A stretch of 63,473 nt of DNA, filler included, from Hausera hauseri (lineage: Eukaryota): the NCBI GenBank assembly GCA_046269625.1. It is 12 parts of 12 records of this genome, joined end to end, with 100 filler letters (N's around TTAATTAATTAA, not from the genome) between each part and the next. Parts side by side here need not be neighbours in the genome. Positions count along the whole stretch, not along the records: positions 23,152 to 27,617 come from JBJURY010566895.1; positions 27,718 to 31,835 come from JBJURY010749764.1; positions 31,936 to 36,899 come from JBJURY010376591.1; positions 37,000 to 41,806 come from JBJURY010428474.1; 8 more parts are not named here. One strand, 5' to 3'. A model generated the notes under the pieces. It had not been told where the DNA came from and did not search any database. It worked only from the letters and a program-made list of their open reading frames with translations. The position numbers and the translations under genes are program-made. Of the stretch, positions 25,831 to 39,930 are shown in pieces (positions within the stretch are counted from its first letter, which is position 1; the number at the start of each line of letters is the position of its first letter).

Positions 25831-27050
25831 TGGCATCTGCAAAATCTGAATTGTGTATATTTGAAAATGGCGCACCACAAGTTATTATTGACAATTCGGA
25901 ATTTGAAGAAATCTATCCCGTTGAATCCGTTTCAACGGACGATAACTTTGACATTCAATACAATATTATGTCATCGTATAATGAATACCTGGATTTGAAC
26001 GATACGCTACTCTATGTAAAAGTCATTGGTAAAAAGATGCATCAGCGGTTCTCGCTGCAACAGACACTGTCACAACGCCCAATTACCTTTTCCTCACACT
26101 GTTCCAGGAGGCTTCACTGACTGTAAACAGCGTTAAAATCGAAGGCAAAACTAGTCTATACAGTATCAAAGCACTCATTGAAACGGCTCTGAATTACAGT
26201 ACTAACATGAAAACGACTCTTTTGACGAAAATCATGGAATATAACGCCACTGCAGCAAACCCTCAGGCATGGATGGCAGAATTAAAACCACTTACAATGT
26301 GTAAACCGCTGTACTTTGACGTTTTCGATCAGCCAAAATACCTACTGCCCGGTGTTAAAGCTATGATTCGGCTCAAATGCAGCAACAATGTCTTTTGTTT
26401 GAAAATCGCCGTTGCAAATCACAAACCCATACTTAAAATTACCGAGGCACGATTATACATACGTCGGGTAAAGGTAGAACCATCTGTGCTCATTGGACAT
26501 AGATTGGTTTTGGAAACGCAAAATACCTCTTACCCGATACACGGACATAAGTCGTGTTTTACACCATACCCAAAGGTTCAAAGACGCACTGTTTGGCGAC
26601 ATGCGATTGCCAAAATTTGTGCTCGATACATTTCAAACGACTGTTCAACGAACGGGAAGTTATATTACCGATTCGAAAACGTATACACATAGCAATGTGA
26701 ATTACATCAGTTTTGGTCGGAATGCGGATTTCGTTGTGAGACATACAAACAGGATTTAGAGACGGTAGATTATGTTTGCATATATGCAATTTATCGTGCT
26801 CAACATGGGTTTACTAAACAAAAATGTCAACAATGGCAAATCGATGGATTTGTTCAAGTCCACATATCCATTCTTCACATTTGTTTTGGCTCCAGATTAT
26901 GACGTTTGAAAGACTCAACTATCTCAGCTGGGAAACCTACTACTGGAGGTTCACTTTGCTAAAGCGTTGGAGCAGTCTACAGTGATGTACATTTACGGTG
27001 TATTTGATGCCGAGGTTGAAATAACGAAAAATGGAACCGTCATTGTATAA
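25830..27050 (+). pseudogene. Maverick double-jelly-roll major capsid protein
   Basis: MASAKSELCIF...YLDLNDTLLYVK; DVFDQPKYLLPGV; ITEARLYIRRVKV; frameshifted. Confidence 0.88.
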
Positions 27051-27099
27051 ATAAAATCCGTTGTGTCTCACTTCTTCTTGATATTATAAATTAATTTAT

Positions 27100-27500
27100 T
27101 ACTATTATTACTATTATATTTAATTCACATTTAGATCCACCAAGCTCAATCACTATGGAAAACAGCTCTTGGGTGTGTAATTTCGTGGCATGTTTCCACT
27201 ACATGGTGTGCCGCGCAATTTACCACAAAATGGCGGCGGTGGCTTTATTGCCAATACACACACGTCATCGTTATCTGGCGAACATTGGATTGCTGTGTGC
27301 ATCCACCATCCGACCAACGTCGTCAGAGTATTCGATCCGCTCGGATTTTACTACCCTTCATCGTAAGTTTCTCAAATTGAAAGGCAATCACCATCGTCAT
27401 ATCGTGTTGAATACAATCGATTTCATTATCAACTTCTACTGACCGTATTCTGTGGACATTATTGCTTACTGTGGCTAACGTTACAGACACGTGGATGAAC
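27100..27500 (+). pseudogene. Maverick adenain-like protease
   Basis: FRGMFPL...FIANTHTSSLSGEHWIAV...VFDPLG...FCGHYCLLWL. Confidence 0.85.
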
Positions 27501-28558
27501 AATGATTATTGTACTTTGTATTCATTTAGAGAGAAATACATTATTTTTGTTACATATGTGTTATTATTGTCATCACTTCGAAGTCCCTTTGCTACACGCA
27601 CATAAACACGTCACAACNNNNNNNNNNNNNNNNNNNNNNNNNNNNNNNNNNNNNNNNNNNNTTAATTAATTAANNNNNNNNNNNNNNNNNNNNNNNNNNN
27701 NNNNNNNNNNNNNNNNNATTTATTGTTGTTTTTGTCGATCTTGATATTTTTTGTCGTACTTTTTTGTGGATCTTCTCATTCGGTGATTGCAATATATACA
27801 TATTTGTTGACCAAAGTATATATATATATACATATATATCTTTGTATTTTAACCTAAAGTTGTGAGCGATGAAAAAGATAATAGGAAATTATTCGGAATT
27901 ATTTTGAAAAAAATTCGGTTTTCATTTGAATATTTTAATATAGATTTCTGCTGTTTTTTCTTTTTTTTGGTTTATTTCTTGTGATTTGTTTGTTATATTT
28001 GTGCAAATGTGATACGTTTTAAAGCTTGTTGTTTTCTCGTTTCTTGGACAAATTTCAATGGGAGTTGTATTGAAAACATCGAATAGTGTCATTACTTTCT
28101 GATGTTAGCTTGATGTTTGTATCGATTTTGATTAGTTGAATTATATTTGGAATGTTTTAGTACGAGTAATGAAGTAGAAATAAATCCGTTCTGAGTTTAG
28201 TTTTTACTGTAAATGGATTTATTTTTATTAAATTTACTTTTTGGAAAGTTAGTCAACTAAAAACAGTTCCTTCCTTTAGACTTCTGGCGTTTGGACTGCC
28301 CTCATCAGAATAAAATTTCTACTTAATATATATTTTACTCGGCCATCGTTTTAAAATTTATCAGTTTTTTTGATAATGGTTTGTAAATTTGTGCTCATGT
28401 GGACGACACTAACGTAAGTTTAAATACAGAGTGATCGTCAAAAAATCGAATATTAGTGTCGGCTATTTACGCTAACTGATATCCGATTTCTGCTGATCAC
28501 ATTGTAAATCATGTTTGAGTCTTCTACTATGTTCCTTCTTTGACGTATCATTGGATAA

Positions 28559-28870
28559 CACTGTCCAAGAAAAAAATTTTTTTCTGCTTTCGCAAATGTG
28601 CGCTGTTTTTAAATCTCAAACCGTTTTTCTCTGTCAGGTCGGAATCTAAAGAAATCCATAATTGAAATTTTTACATGAAGTTTAAGTTTCCTTGCCGCCG
28701 ACTTTCGTCTGTGAATGACATGTGGTTGATCGCGATAAAGCATCCAACAATAATCGGCAATCATGGCAGCATTCCACCGTCTTTGATAACGTGAATCCAT
28801 AACTGTGATATCTTGATGGAATTATTCTTTGTTTAATGCTGACTTCGCTGTCAGGGAAAATGAAATCCAT
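28559..28870 (-). mobile_element. Chapaev3-like (CMC superfamily) transposase C-terminus and right end
   Basis: MDSRYQRRWNAAMIADYCWMLYRD; terminal CACTG at about 28559. Confidence 0.7.
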
Positions 28871-29792
28871 TATTGTCTTCTTTGCACTTATCGCCATTGT
28901 CATGTCTGACGACTGTGCCGATACAGGCAGTAACTGTGCATCGAAAACTAAAGAAGCTTGTGTTAATCCAGACGTGTTCAACAGTTGTAACAAATCTTGT
29001 CATTGACAAAGACAAAGGAGATTGTGACAAAATGGACGACAGGTTTTGCAGAAAGACTTGTGGAAAATGTTAAATAGATAATAAAATATTTTAGTCGTTT
29101 TTATTACTATGAATCAATTTATTTTAACTAACTAATTAAAACTAGTTTATTGAAGTAAAGATGATTGGAGATGTAGAGTTTACAACTACACTTTAAAAAT
29201 TGCACATGACATGTTTTGTAATTATAGTTCAAGCCTCGAAGAAATTTGTGCAAAAATAAATTGAAGTAATTTTTGAAACATTCTCTACTAAAACGATTTG
29301 AAACAATCTTGTACTAATTATGGAAAATTTCCCAATGGGACCCAATATATGTTTAAAACCTTATTGGCGGGTAAGTTCCTATACAAGTTCCTATAAGCTG
29401 GTGTGTACCATTTAAAATGACATTGCATAATTTTAACTTTGTTTGCAACAATTCTTTTAATATTATTAATCAGCCTAAAATTTTGAACTTGTAAAACTCT
29501 GATTAGATGTAAGGTGTTGTTCATTTTCAGTGTAATGAAAATGATTCTGAAATTGAATTTTATCGAGCTGCATTAGTCAACAAATAAATTGAAAAATCAG
29601 GAGATTGAGTACAAGAAAGTTACTCTATATTACATTAAAGTAACCAAATTTTGTACAAGTGTAAAACTATTGTAAGTGTGCAGTTGACTTATTTAATTAG
29701 GTGTTCATAATTTTTCATGAAATGAAAGATGTGAACTTTATCTGTATTTACAGATTCTGTTGAATTTACTTACTCGAATACAAATGTGTAGG

Positions 29793-31835
29793 CAGAGGCG
29801 GATCCAGAGAAATCGATGTCCTAGGCAAGAGGAGCATTCCATGCTCCCTCCTGAGTACTAGTTACTTTATTGTTGAATAATTACTACAAACTGCAACCAG
29901 CGATATTAATTGTTATAGATCAGTACATATTTTTGGTATTGACAATTAAACACTCTCAAGTTATTTAATTTTGGTATTTCATTGGCAATGGCTTCACATG
30001 CGAAAAACCATCTATCTGGAACTCAGGGCCGTCATCTAAATATGAAGAGGAAAGCTGAAGTATCGGGAATGTTAGCATAATGTTTAAATGGCTTAAGCCT
30101 TCTTTTGTACGAGAAAAGTCAGGCAACACAGATGTTTCTATAACTATGTGGATTGCTAATCATGCAGAAGAACCACTGCTTCAAAGTTGCTTACCACAGG
30201 CTGAAACTGAAACTTCAATGGATGACATTAGAGACAATATCAATTCTAACTATGTCAGCTTACGTCACATTGATCTTAATGACGCAGAAATTTGGAACAG
30301 TGATGAATTGAAACATTATGTGCTTTCAGATGGAGCAGACAAAGGAAAGGACTTCAGGTACTCTGGCTCAGTTGATAAACACAAAAGAAATTTCTCAGTC
30401 TCACTGTTTAAGAAACAGATTCGTAATAGTGATATAACTGATTGTGAATGGCTGATATATTGCAGACTTAAAAAGCTGTGTTTTATATACTTTGTATGCT
30501 GTTTGGCAAGCCAAGCGAGGTTTCCATTGAAGATAAAGAAAAATGCATAACACAAAAGAAATACATGGGTGACAGAATAACGGAACACGAGAATTCCACT
30601 GAGCATCTGCAGTGTTTCATTAGCGGAAAGAGATAGAAAGACGCATAAAGAACAAGAACAAAATAGGAGACTATTGTGAAAAGAGTTTGCTTGCTGAGAC
30701 AAACAAATGGCGAACTATAATCTCTTCCGTGACTAAAATGATCATGTTCTGTGCTAAGTACAATATGGGCCTTCGTGGTCATATAGAAGAATTTGACAAG
30801 CGAGATAATGGAGTATTTCTTAGTGCCTTTGAACTATTAGTTTCTTATGACACTGTTCTTGCCAATTATATAGCAGGTCACCAGAAAGGAGCTGTTAGCT
30901 ACTTATCTCATATTACTCAAGACGAACTGATCGAACAGATGTGTGTGTATGTCAGAAATCAGATTTTAATTAATGTCAAGGATAGCAAATACTATTCTCT
31001 AATTTTAGATTCAACTCCTGATGTGTCACATAGTGACCATTTGTGGAGGACAGTTCCTTCTCATATAAATACAGTCAATGTTTCACTTCAGAGTCCAAGT
31101 TTGACACATGACAATGCTTGCAAATTGTTGGAGGGTTTACAGCATTGTTTGGGCAAAGTTAGGCATCAGTTTTGTGAAAGAATAGTAGAGCCAAGAAATA
31201 CAATTGATCAGGCTTTTAACATCCGTGATTCATTCACCGAAAAGAGGATCAGAAAGGTAAAGTGTCAATTTGATGAGACTACTGAAGATGAGTTTAGGTT
31301 TTTCAACCCATTACAGATATTTTGCCAGCAGTGCTATCTCATTTTAAACCGTGTACAGGCTGAAATGAAAAAGAGGTTTCACTTATTGAGCACAATTAAT
31401 CCTAATTTTGACATTTTCACTGCATCAAAGTTGACAGCGGTTTGTGATGAAGATATTTTGTTGTCTGTTACAAAACTTTTCGCTGTTTATAAAGATGATT
31501 TAGATAGTACCGACCTGCTTCGAGAATTAAATGTTAAAAATATGGCTACCTGTTATTCTGAACACAAAGATTGAAAATGCTGGACACTTCAGGTCTTAAA
31601 CGCAATTGTGAAGTTCAAAATGCAATCAAAATGCAATGTGTATTGCTATTCGAACACTTCTCACTTTGTCAGTGATAGCAGCTTCTGCAGAAAGAAGTTT
31701 CAGCCGTTGAATTATCATTGAATTTGAACAACATTTTCAGCTTCTTATTAATTGTGCAATGAAGAGTTAAACCAATTTTCCGGGCCCCACTGCATTATGT
31801 ACCCTAGACAGCTGTCCAGTTTGCCCATCCCTCGA
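29793..31835 (+). mobile_element. hAT transposon (ZMYM1/DUF4371-type transposase), internally deleted
   Basis: Left end CAGAGGCGGATCCAG; MGLRGH...NGVFL...YLSHITQDELI...YYSLILDSTPDVSH; ASAERSFSRL dimerisation motif. Confidence 0.88.
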
Positions 31836-31935
31836 NNNNNNNNNNNNNNNNNNNNNNNNNNNNNNNNNNNNNNNNNNNNTTAATTAATTAANNNNNNNNN
31901 NNNNNNNNNNNNNNNNNNNNNNNNNNNNNNNNNNN

Positions 31936-33599
31936 CCATTGCTGTCTGGAACGTGGCTGGAGCATTCATCATTCCAAACGCTATGCGGATAAATTTATAA
32001 TGCCTATCTGCAATCACAAACGCTGTTTTTTGTTTATCTTCTTCTTGTACTTCTATCTGCCAGAAGCCTTTTTGTAAGTTTAACGTAGTACATAACATTT
32101 TATCCTTTAATTTATCCAATATTTCATCAATTCTTGTCAACGGGTACGTATTATCTACTGCTACACCATTTAGAGCGAGGTAATCCACACATTTTGATGG
32201 ATCCATCTTTCTTTTGTACCATTACAATGGGAGCTGTCCATAGGGAATTACTTGGTCTAATTATATCATTTTGCCTCATTTCGGCTATTAATTCCTTAGC
32301 TTTTTCTCGCTTATCGTAATTGATCCGATATGGCCTTTTCTTAGTAGGAGTTTTCATTCCAGTTTTTAGCTTAATCTCATGCTTGGTGACGGGTATTATA
32401 CCAATATCACATTCATCTATAGTAAAAGTATCCTTATATTGTTGTCGTACCTTCTTTCTCCACACCTGTCAGTATGCTACCATTTCCAAACAAATCATGA
32501 TCGTTCCAGTTAATAGGAGTCTTAACAAATTTTGTTATTTTCTTATTTCTATCAAGATGACTTTTCAATTTATTCATTGGTACATTTTGTAATCGTATTC
32601 CGGCTTCTATTCGTGGTTTATGTTGTTGTTTTTCCATGAATTCAGACAGTTCCTGTACCGTGGAAATAATAGTTTTAGTTGCATTATTGCCTATATCTTT
32701 TATGATATATACGTAGGCAATCCTTATGCCTTTTCTCCAATAGTTTCGGTTTATTTGAAGTATAAGCTATTCGAACAATTACTTGTTGTTCCCGAATATT
32801 TTCGATCTTGTGCGCGATCCACAATTCATTTTTATCCATAAAGTTTACATTTTGTTCGATGTATACATCTCCTTCATCTCGTCCTTGTACTAGGGCTTTA
32901 AGCACAATCTCTCTTCTAGCCGATGCTAACACGTCTTCCTTAATGGATATTGTGTCCTTTTTCTTGTTCTTTAATTTCCGGCATGGTTGGATTTGTTGGG
33001 TCTCCAAATTTATACACATATTCTTTAGTTTTGCTAACGCGTCACAACCAAGTATAGCTTCTGCCACCAATTCATCGGCTATTCTGAATCCCCGTTCAAA
33101 TTTTTGGTTAAGGACCTTTGTCTCACATTTAATCAGATCTTTTACTTGCACTCTAGAACCGAATGCTGCAACATTCGTAATGTCTTCTGCGGGTTTTTTT
33201 AAACTTTTTCTTCACTTGTTCTGGCAGTTGTTTACGTGAAATCATTGAGGCTGATGCTCCAGTGTCAATTATAGCAGTTATAGGATAGCCATCTATCCAA
33301 ATTACTGTTCTGGGAATCACCTTGCCTCCGTCTATACTAGTTATCAATGTCTGTCTTGGAGCCGATGGATAAAACATCAGATTTACATGTTTTGGGTCAT
33401 CATTATCCATACCGCCTGAACAATGTACATCTATGTATTCATTGGGAGGTATAAAGTGTGACCGTTCCATTGGATATTCAATCCATTTTCTTATTCGTGG
33501 GATATCCGATAACAATGTTCTTCTCTTTTTACTTCGGGCGGTGATCAGACTCCATATCTTCTTAGTATTTTCTACTGGTTTAAGTCTTCTTACATTCAT
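31936..33599 (-). pseudogene. Gypsy protease and RT N-terminus
   Basis: AIIDTGASASMIS, AILGCDAL, WTAPIVMVQKKDGS, YPLTRIDEILDKL...KGFWQI...KTAF. Confidence 0.9.
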
Positions 33600-33689
33600 C
33601 TTCTTTACTGAAAGTTTATCTTCATCATTATTATCATTTTCCTTATTCTTGCTTTTATTTTTCTGTTTCCATTCAGCGGCTTTTTAAAT

Positions 33690-35030
33690 CAAAAACAACT
33701 AGCTATGGATGGAATCCTAACCATCAAGAATTGAATTGACCAAACCACATGTACCATCTCCATTCGGTTGCAAATATATCCTTATCTATTTTCTTTGCAT
33801 AGTCAGGTCCCACCAAATTTTCTGAGTTGGCTTTTCAGATGTCATCAGCTAACACTTTCGTCGCCATTTCTATTTAAACTTTGTCTCTCTTGAGAGAACA
33901 TCATCATCCTTCTATGGTTTTCCATATCTTGTTCGGAGTACACGCCCACCTTTACTAAATCTGTCAATGGTTTATACGTTTGTTCAATTATCAAATTAAT
34001 TAAGATAATTCTCCGAGGTGGAGTAATCTGCTGCTTTTTCGGCATCCTTATCCATAAATTGTCGCTTAGTCGAAATGCTGGCGACATGGTATATGTACAA
34101 TTCTGATGTATATATGGTTTTTCTGCTGGATCCAGCAGTATCCGTGTTATGGGTTGTAGAAAACGCGGCTTTTCCTTGTACCATACAGGTAATTCCATAG
34201 TACAATCAGTAGTTGGTCTTAATTTGACAGTTACTTTTGTACACTCGAAGGTTACAAGAGTTTCACTTATGGTTCGAGCAAATTTTCCTTCTGCGTCTGG
34301 TGATTCGGCTGGGTCTTTTATTATTCCGTCCGTTACTGATGATAAGTATATCCGATTTCTGATTATCTCTATTCAGTTTACAATCGTTTAATATTATCTC
34401 TCGATACATGGCATAAATATTTTCTTGCTGAAAATGATCAATCTTGTTGTCAAAATAGAGGTGGGGTTTCACCTCTGATTTATCAGTCTTCCTCTTAGCT
34501 TTTGCTACTTCTGTTGTGGATAGAAATATCCCTTTATAATTTGTTCGAAATACCGTGTGTTCACATCTCCTGGTATCACTTTCTAACTTAAATCTCATTC
34601 CATCTTGAAGATTTGCTGAATATACTATAGTAGGGATCTCAATAATATATGATACTTGGTCTATTCTGCTCTTAGATATCTCTTCTTTGTACATTAGTCC
34701 TTTTGCTTCATTAAACTTTCATACTTTTAATAAAGCTAACTAACACTGCTCCTTATCGACTTAATATGACATAACTGACTCGCCAGGGTTACATTCTTTA
34801 TTATAATAGTCACGTTCAGAAAATGTCATCATCTTTCCTGAGGATAGTTCAAAGAAGGCATCATATTCTCTCAGCTCAACTTGATAATCTTCTATGGCTA
34901 CTATGTTGTCCAAAATTTCACCATTAATATGATATGACACGCCCTTACAATATCCTGTCTTGTCAACTGTTCCAGCCACAAAAATCCTTTTATTAATAAT
35001 TTTTCCTTTTTGAGCCTTTGTTAACACTGG
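33690..35030 (-). pseudogene. Env-like glycoprotein directly upstream of the protease (paralog of 19100-20183)
   Basis: GYCKGVSY..VAIEDYQV, YFDNKIDH..MYREIILNDCKLNR, CTMELPVWY..KPRFLQPITRIL....NC; C-terminal aromatic/TM segment WRWYMWFGQF. Confidence 0.75.
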
Positions 35031-36999
35031 GGTCAAATGCAAGCATTTGACCTTTACATATGTGTCAACATATAATGGGTTAAAGGGGTATGTTAAGGTT
35101 AGAGTAAGGTAATCAGTCCACATGTTCCTTTTCTTACCAATTGTGTTACCTTCATTTCTATTACTTGAATATATTAACTTCATTATTTATGTACTTTTAC
35201 TTTTATTATTTTTTGCATCTTCTTTGATGAATGGATTCCCAAGCACAGGCTCCATTCAATGACGTCATGTTTTCCTCAGCAATAGATCCGAATAAAGTAT
35301 ATTTAATCAATAATTATAATCCATGTTCGACGGTTCTTATCAAATAATCATTAGTACCGAATCAAAAGTCAAATCCATTTGCTTTAATCCGAAGTTGTGT
35401 TCAATCGCTGAATATAGATCAAACCACAGAGTTCTGTATACTTTACAATACAAAACTTAAAATACTTTACAACAATAATTACGTATATATATTTTAAGGA
35501 AAAATACGAATTCATTTAATATGATTGATTTATTCTCCATCTATGGCAACCCGGGTATATCGATCTCACAATATCGTTATCAAATCAATTTTTATAGAGG
35601 ATTATATGTAGGAATATTTTCGAAACCTCATTATCATCTCTAAAGCCCGTTAATTGATGTTAAATAAGCGACGGTTCTCGTTCTTTATCCATACCCACAC
35701 TTAATAATTTATCTAACGTTCAGTCTTAGTCTCATAATTCATTCTCTGTTTGTACTTTCTTTTATTCCCACAATAGTAAAATATATGTTAAACCTTCGTT
35801 ACTATCATTTTTCCAATTTCTTTCGTAAGAAAATATTCTTGTAAAGGTGATTAAGTGAAGGTTCTTTAATTCCGTGACACCATCCATCTCTCTATCAAGG
35901 ATCGTCTTCATCTGTTATCCCTCAGCACTACAAGTGATTGAATTATTTACAATATCTGAAAACAAAACTTTGTACCAGCGTTTATATCTGATCAATTTTA
36001 TTTCCATCTACATCATACTCAAAGTTGATGTTACAGTTAAGCAAACTTATCATATAATTACTGTTAAATAATTATTAGAATTGTTGAATAATATTCATAT
36101 AACTACAATTCCCAAACCATACATTCATTTAACTATAACAGAACAATAGTTATTATTGAAGCCAAAATCTTAAGCCCTTTCATTTTATAGATATACAAAT
36201 TATAATATTGACCCTGTCATTGTCCATGTCATATCTCATTCTACTCCATTCTCTTTATTTATTCATGTCTTTACATAGAGTTGCCTTGATAATTTTACAC
36301 TAATTTATTTGGATTCTACAACTATCATAGCAGTCTCTCATTGTGATTTTCATCTAAATACATTATTATAATAGTATTTATAACTTTAACCCATTAGATT
36401 ACTATCCTCATCTTTTACGATCAAATTCCACTGCAGTCTTAAACGGTAAACAGGTTGTGACGACCCTAATATCTAAAGTTAATAACATCCTTGCTTTATC
36501 ACGAACAATTACTTCATAGTCAATATTCTTGATCAGAAAAAATTTTTTAATGATCATGTGATGATAGTTCCGTTGAGGAGTTCGTTGAAACCACATTACA
36601 CGATTACATACCAAATTTAGCTGCAATCTTTCAACCATCCTAATCACAGGTACACTCTTTACATCATATAATATGCGTCAACTCTACTCTTCGTCTTTTC
36701 CGTTCATCTCCTTTTTGCGAGATTGATATATGCTCCATATGGTATCGAACTAATTTCATACAAATATGTTAGTAGGGTATTCTCTCTGTCCGTACCATAA
36801 CCATTGAAAACGCATACATAAAATGTTTGAATAAGAGGAAGAGGTCCACGAATATCATCTCATGCGCCCTTTCGAAGCCAATTTAATAGGATATTTATTN
36901 NNNNNNNNNNNNNNNNNNNNNNNNNNNNNNNNNNNNNNNNNNNTTAATTAATTAANNNNNNNNNNNNNNNNNNNNNNNNNNNNNNNNNNNNNNNNNNNN

Positions 37000-39930
37000 A
37001 TAATATGTCCCAGAAAATTAACGCGTTTTTGGAAGAAGTTACATTTTGCAAAATTGATCTGTAGGTTGAACTGATTGAATCGTTTGAAGATAGATCGTAG
37101 GTGTTTCTTGTGTTGTTTAATAGAAGAAGAAGCAACCAAGATATCATCAATATATGGATGTGCGAATGTGAAGTCTGAAAGGATTGAACCTAAATGTCGC
37201 TGAAAAGTTTGCGCAGCATTCCGTAGACCGAAAGGCATATACAAGTACTCATAAAGACCAAAAGGTGTGGTAACCGCAGTTTTCTCGATGTCTTCCGGTG
37301 CGACAGGGATCTGGTGGTATGCTTTGCTTAAATCGATTGTTGAATAAACTGTGGTAGAATTAAGCCGATGTAATATATCCTTGATCAAGGGTAGTGGATA
37401 CGCATCCATTATGGTCAAAGTATCAAATTGGCGATAATCGCCGCATAATCGAAAAGACTTATCTTTCTTTTGGACAGCGTGGAGAGGCGAAGACCATGGG
37501 GATTTAGATCTACGAATAATACCTGATTTTTCGAGTTCGAAAAAATCCGCCTCTACTGCTTGCCTGCAACGAGGTGACGGTGGACGAACCTTTTGTCGAA
37601 TTAGTCTTTGGTGGAGTGTAATAATATGATAGTAAATGCCGTTTACAGGAATGAAATTCTGATCTTTTTGAAGTATACGAGGACAAGAAGTATTAATGAA
37701 TTGTTCTATGCTTACGGGTAATTGCTTGAATATTGTGAGTGACGATGAACCACGGATGCTGGCAGTACTTGGGGTATGTTGACTGACTGTTGGTGAGGAA
37801 TCGAGTGGAGTTTGAAGTAGAATGGTCCAGTATGGGACCTTATTTGAGTAAGTGTAGTTGTTCAATAATTTTACTGAAGATACCGGATCGTGAATGTTTA
37901 CATTGAGCTGTGACTGACTATCGACGTTGTCCTTTGGAAGCTTACAATGTAAAACGTGATAGTTAAGAGAATTAGTATGAAATATAGATCGTTTTAAAAT
38001 TGATTACCTACTTACAGTTGGCTGTGATGTCGGCGGGGTGCTGTCTATTTCTGTGCCACAGTTTTTAAGAGTATTTGATTTCAGGCATCGTTGGTTACAA
38101 TCGACTAGCAAGTTGTAGTGTGACAGGAAATCGGAGCCAAGTATTGCCATCTGGACGTTAGGGACTGTAAACGTGCAATAAAATGGTGAGAAAAATTTTG
38201 GCAGAGTAGATGATAATTTGCAAGTTCCGGCGATATGAACAAGTTGACTGGAGGCGGTGTATAAAGGTTTTGTTTTAAGTGAAGAATGCTGAACCGGAAA
38301 AGAAAGTGGGAGTAGTGAGATCGCTGCACCGGTATTGATGATAAAGTCTACCGATTAAATGTTAGAAGTGGAGATAGCAGCTTTTAGTGTAAAGACTGAA
38401 AATGAAATGTGTCGGCAAGAGGAATTAGGTAAGATGCCTTTGCCAGAATCTGCTTATAATATTGGCGAAAAATCAGTTTTTTGGATTGGTGAGTTAGGAC
38501 GGTTAGTGTTAAAGAAACTGAAACGTCTATCCGTGGTGTAGTTATTGTTAGTTTTATAGTTACAGCCTGAAATACAATTCGGAGCATTAGATCCAAATTT
38601 TGCATACTAGATGCAAACTATGTTATCTGAGTGTAGAATTGGCGAATAATTTCTACACCCTAAATAGCATTTATTTGCTTTGATATTAAATTTGTTACGG
38701 TAATAACATATAAATAACCGCGTTGGTGACGGTGTTTGATTTCTTGAAAGAGAACGCGTTTAATGAGGCAAGGAAGTATTCCGTCAATGTAAGGAAAGGT
38801 CATTCAGCTTATAATTGATGGTGTTGATCATATGTTGTAGTGCAGCATTTTCGGCGCGTAATTGGTTCAACTGGTGCTCGATAGATGTATGTCGTTGATT
38901 GTCATCAGTTGTAATTGCGGTTGATATGATGGGTGGTCTTTATTGGCAAATTCAGCTAGTTTATATAAAGCTAAAGAATCCTCAACAACAGTAAATAAAG
39001 ACCTAATTTGAATGGGTAAAGCATTAAGGAAATATCGGCGAAGTAGATCCGGGTTGTGTTCCTTGGTGACACCCAAGGTACGTAAGTGAGCCAACAAGGT
39101 GCGTAAGAAATCACTAGGTTTTTGTGTACCCATTGCGTTTTCATTAAAGAAGCGTTGCATTATCGAGTCAAGTGGTGGTTCTGTCAGTTTTAATACAGCA
39201 TTGAACAATTGCTTATAAGGGTCAGGGTGTTGAAAGATGTCCAGTAAGTTATGAATTGAGGCCTTTATGGACTTTGATAGAAGGTAGAGATTATGAGCTT
39301 TTGTTAATGAGTCGGTAATGCCGTTGGATTGTAGCCAAAGTTGATGGAAGTAGAGCCAAGTCTTATTAGAATTTTTATTATCTGTAAAATATTCAGAGCA
39401 ATGTAAGGGTGTAATTGTGGGGTTTCTATGAGGAAAGGTAGTGTCGGTTGTAGATAGTGGATGGTTTGATTTTAGATAGTAGACAATGGATTTGGGTTTT
39501 GCGGTCACCTAATCTGTGATGTCACTGGGTGGTGAAGAAATCATACCGCCGCGGATTCTAGGGTGTATGTGAATACAGAGGTTGTATTGTGAGGACATGA
39601 TGTGTGGGAGCTCAGTTAAAATGAAACTATTGTGAGTCAAATAGAAGTCATTGAAGGCGGTGGCTCTGTAGATGAAGTCATATAATTGTGACGTGTCGAT
39701 ACGTTGTGTGATATGTGCGGTATGTATTAATTTATTATTTACAGAAAGGTGGATGGGAAATGACGTTGGTAAACAACAAGATGGGTAGTGTGGTATCTCC
39801 ACACATTTTATCGGGTGGATTCGATTTTCTTTTTAACAAAGAAGTATTCACCACTGTACAGTGACTCGTGTAATACATTCCAGGATTCCGTACCTGGTTT
39901 GTAGATACGTGGGAAATATGCACATATGAA
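37000..39930 (-). mobile_element. Gypsy LTR element: Ubl-gag, protease, RT
   Basis: gag DPYKQLFNAVLK...QKPSDFLR; RT SPWSSPLHAVQKKD..CGDYR..DLSKAYHQIP..MPFGLRNAAQTFQR..YIDDILV (open 37000-37865). Confidence 0.9.

Larger units (their letters stand above)
23152..27617 (+). mobile_element. Maverick/Polinton morphogenetic module (integrase tail, 2 pentons, core protein, MCP, protease), decayed
   Basis: Colinear virus-like genes listed in the next features. Confidence 0.9.

Noticed and set aside
28280-28315. Second hammerhead-like motif on the minus strand (CUGAUGAGGGCAGUCC-AAAC)
   Set aside because: Lacks the G of GAAA and stem I does not pair; at best a dead relic.
35085-35112. Telomere-like GGTTA(A/G) repeats
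   Set aside because: Only a few imperfect units; more likely a small insertion interrupting the glycoprotein gene.
35240-36899. Possible very decayed PI3/PI4-kinase fragment on the minus strand (EDDP**R for GDDLRQ; LYKID)
   Set aside because: Too degenerate to call without a profile search.
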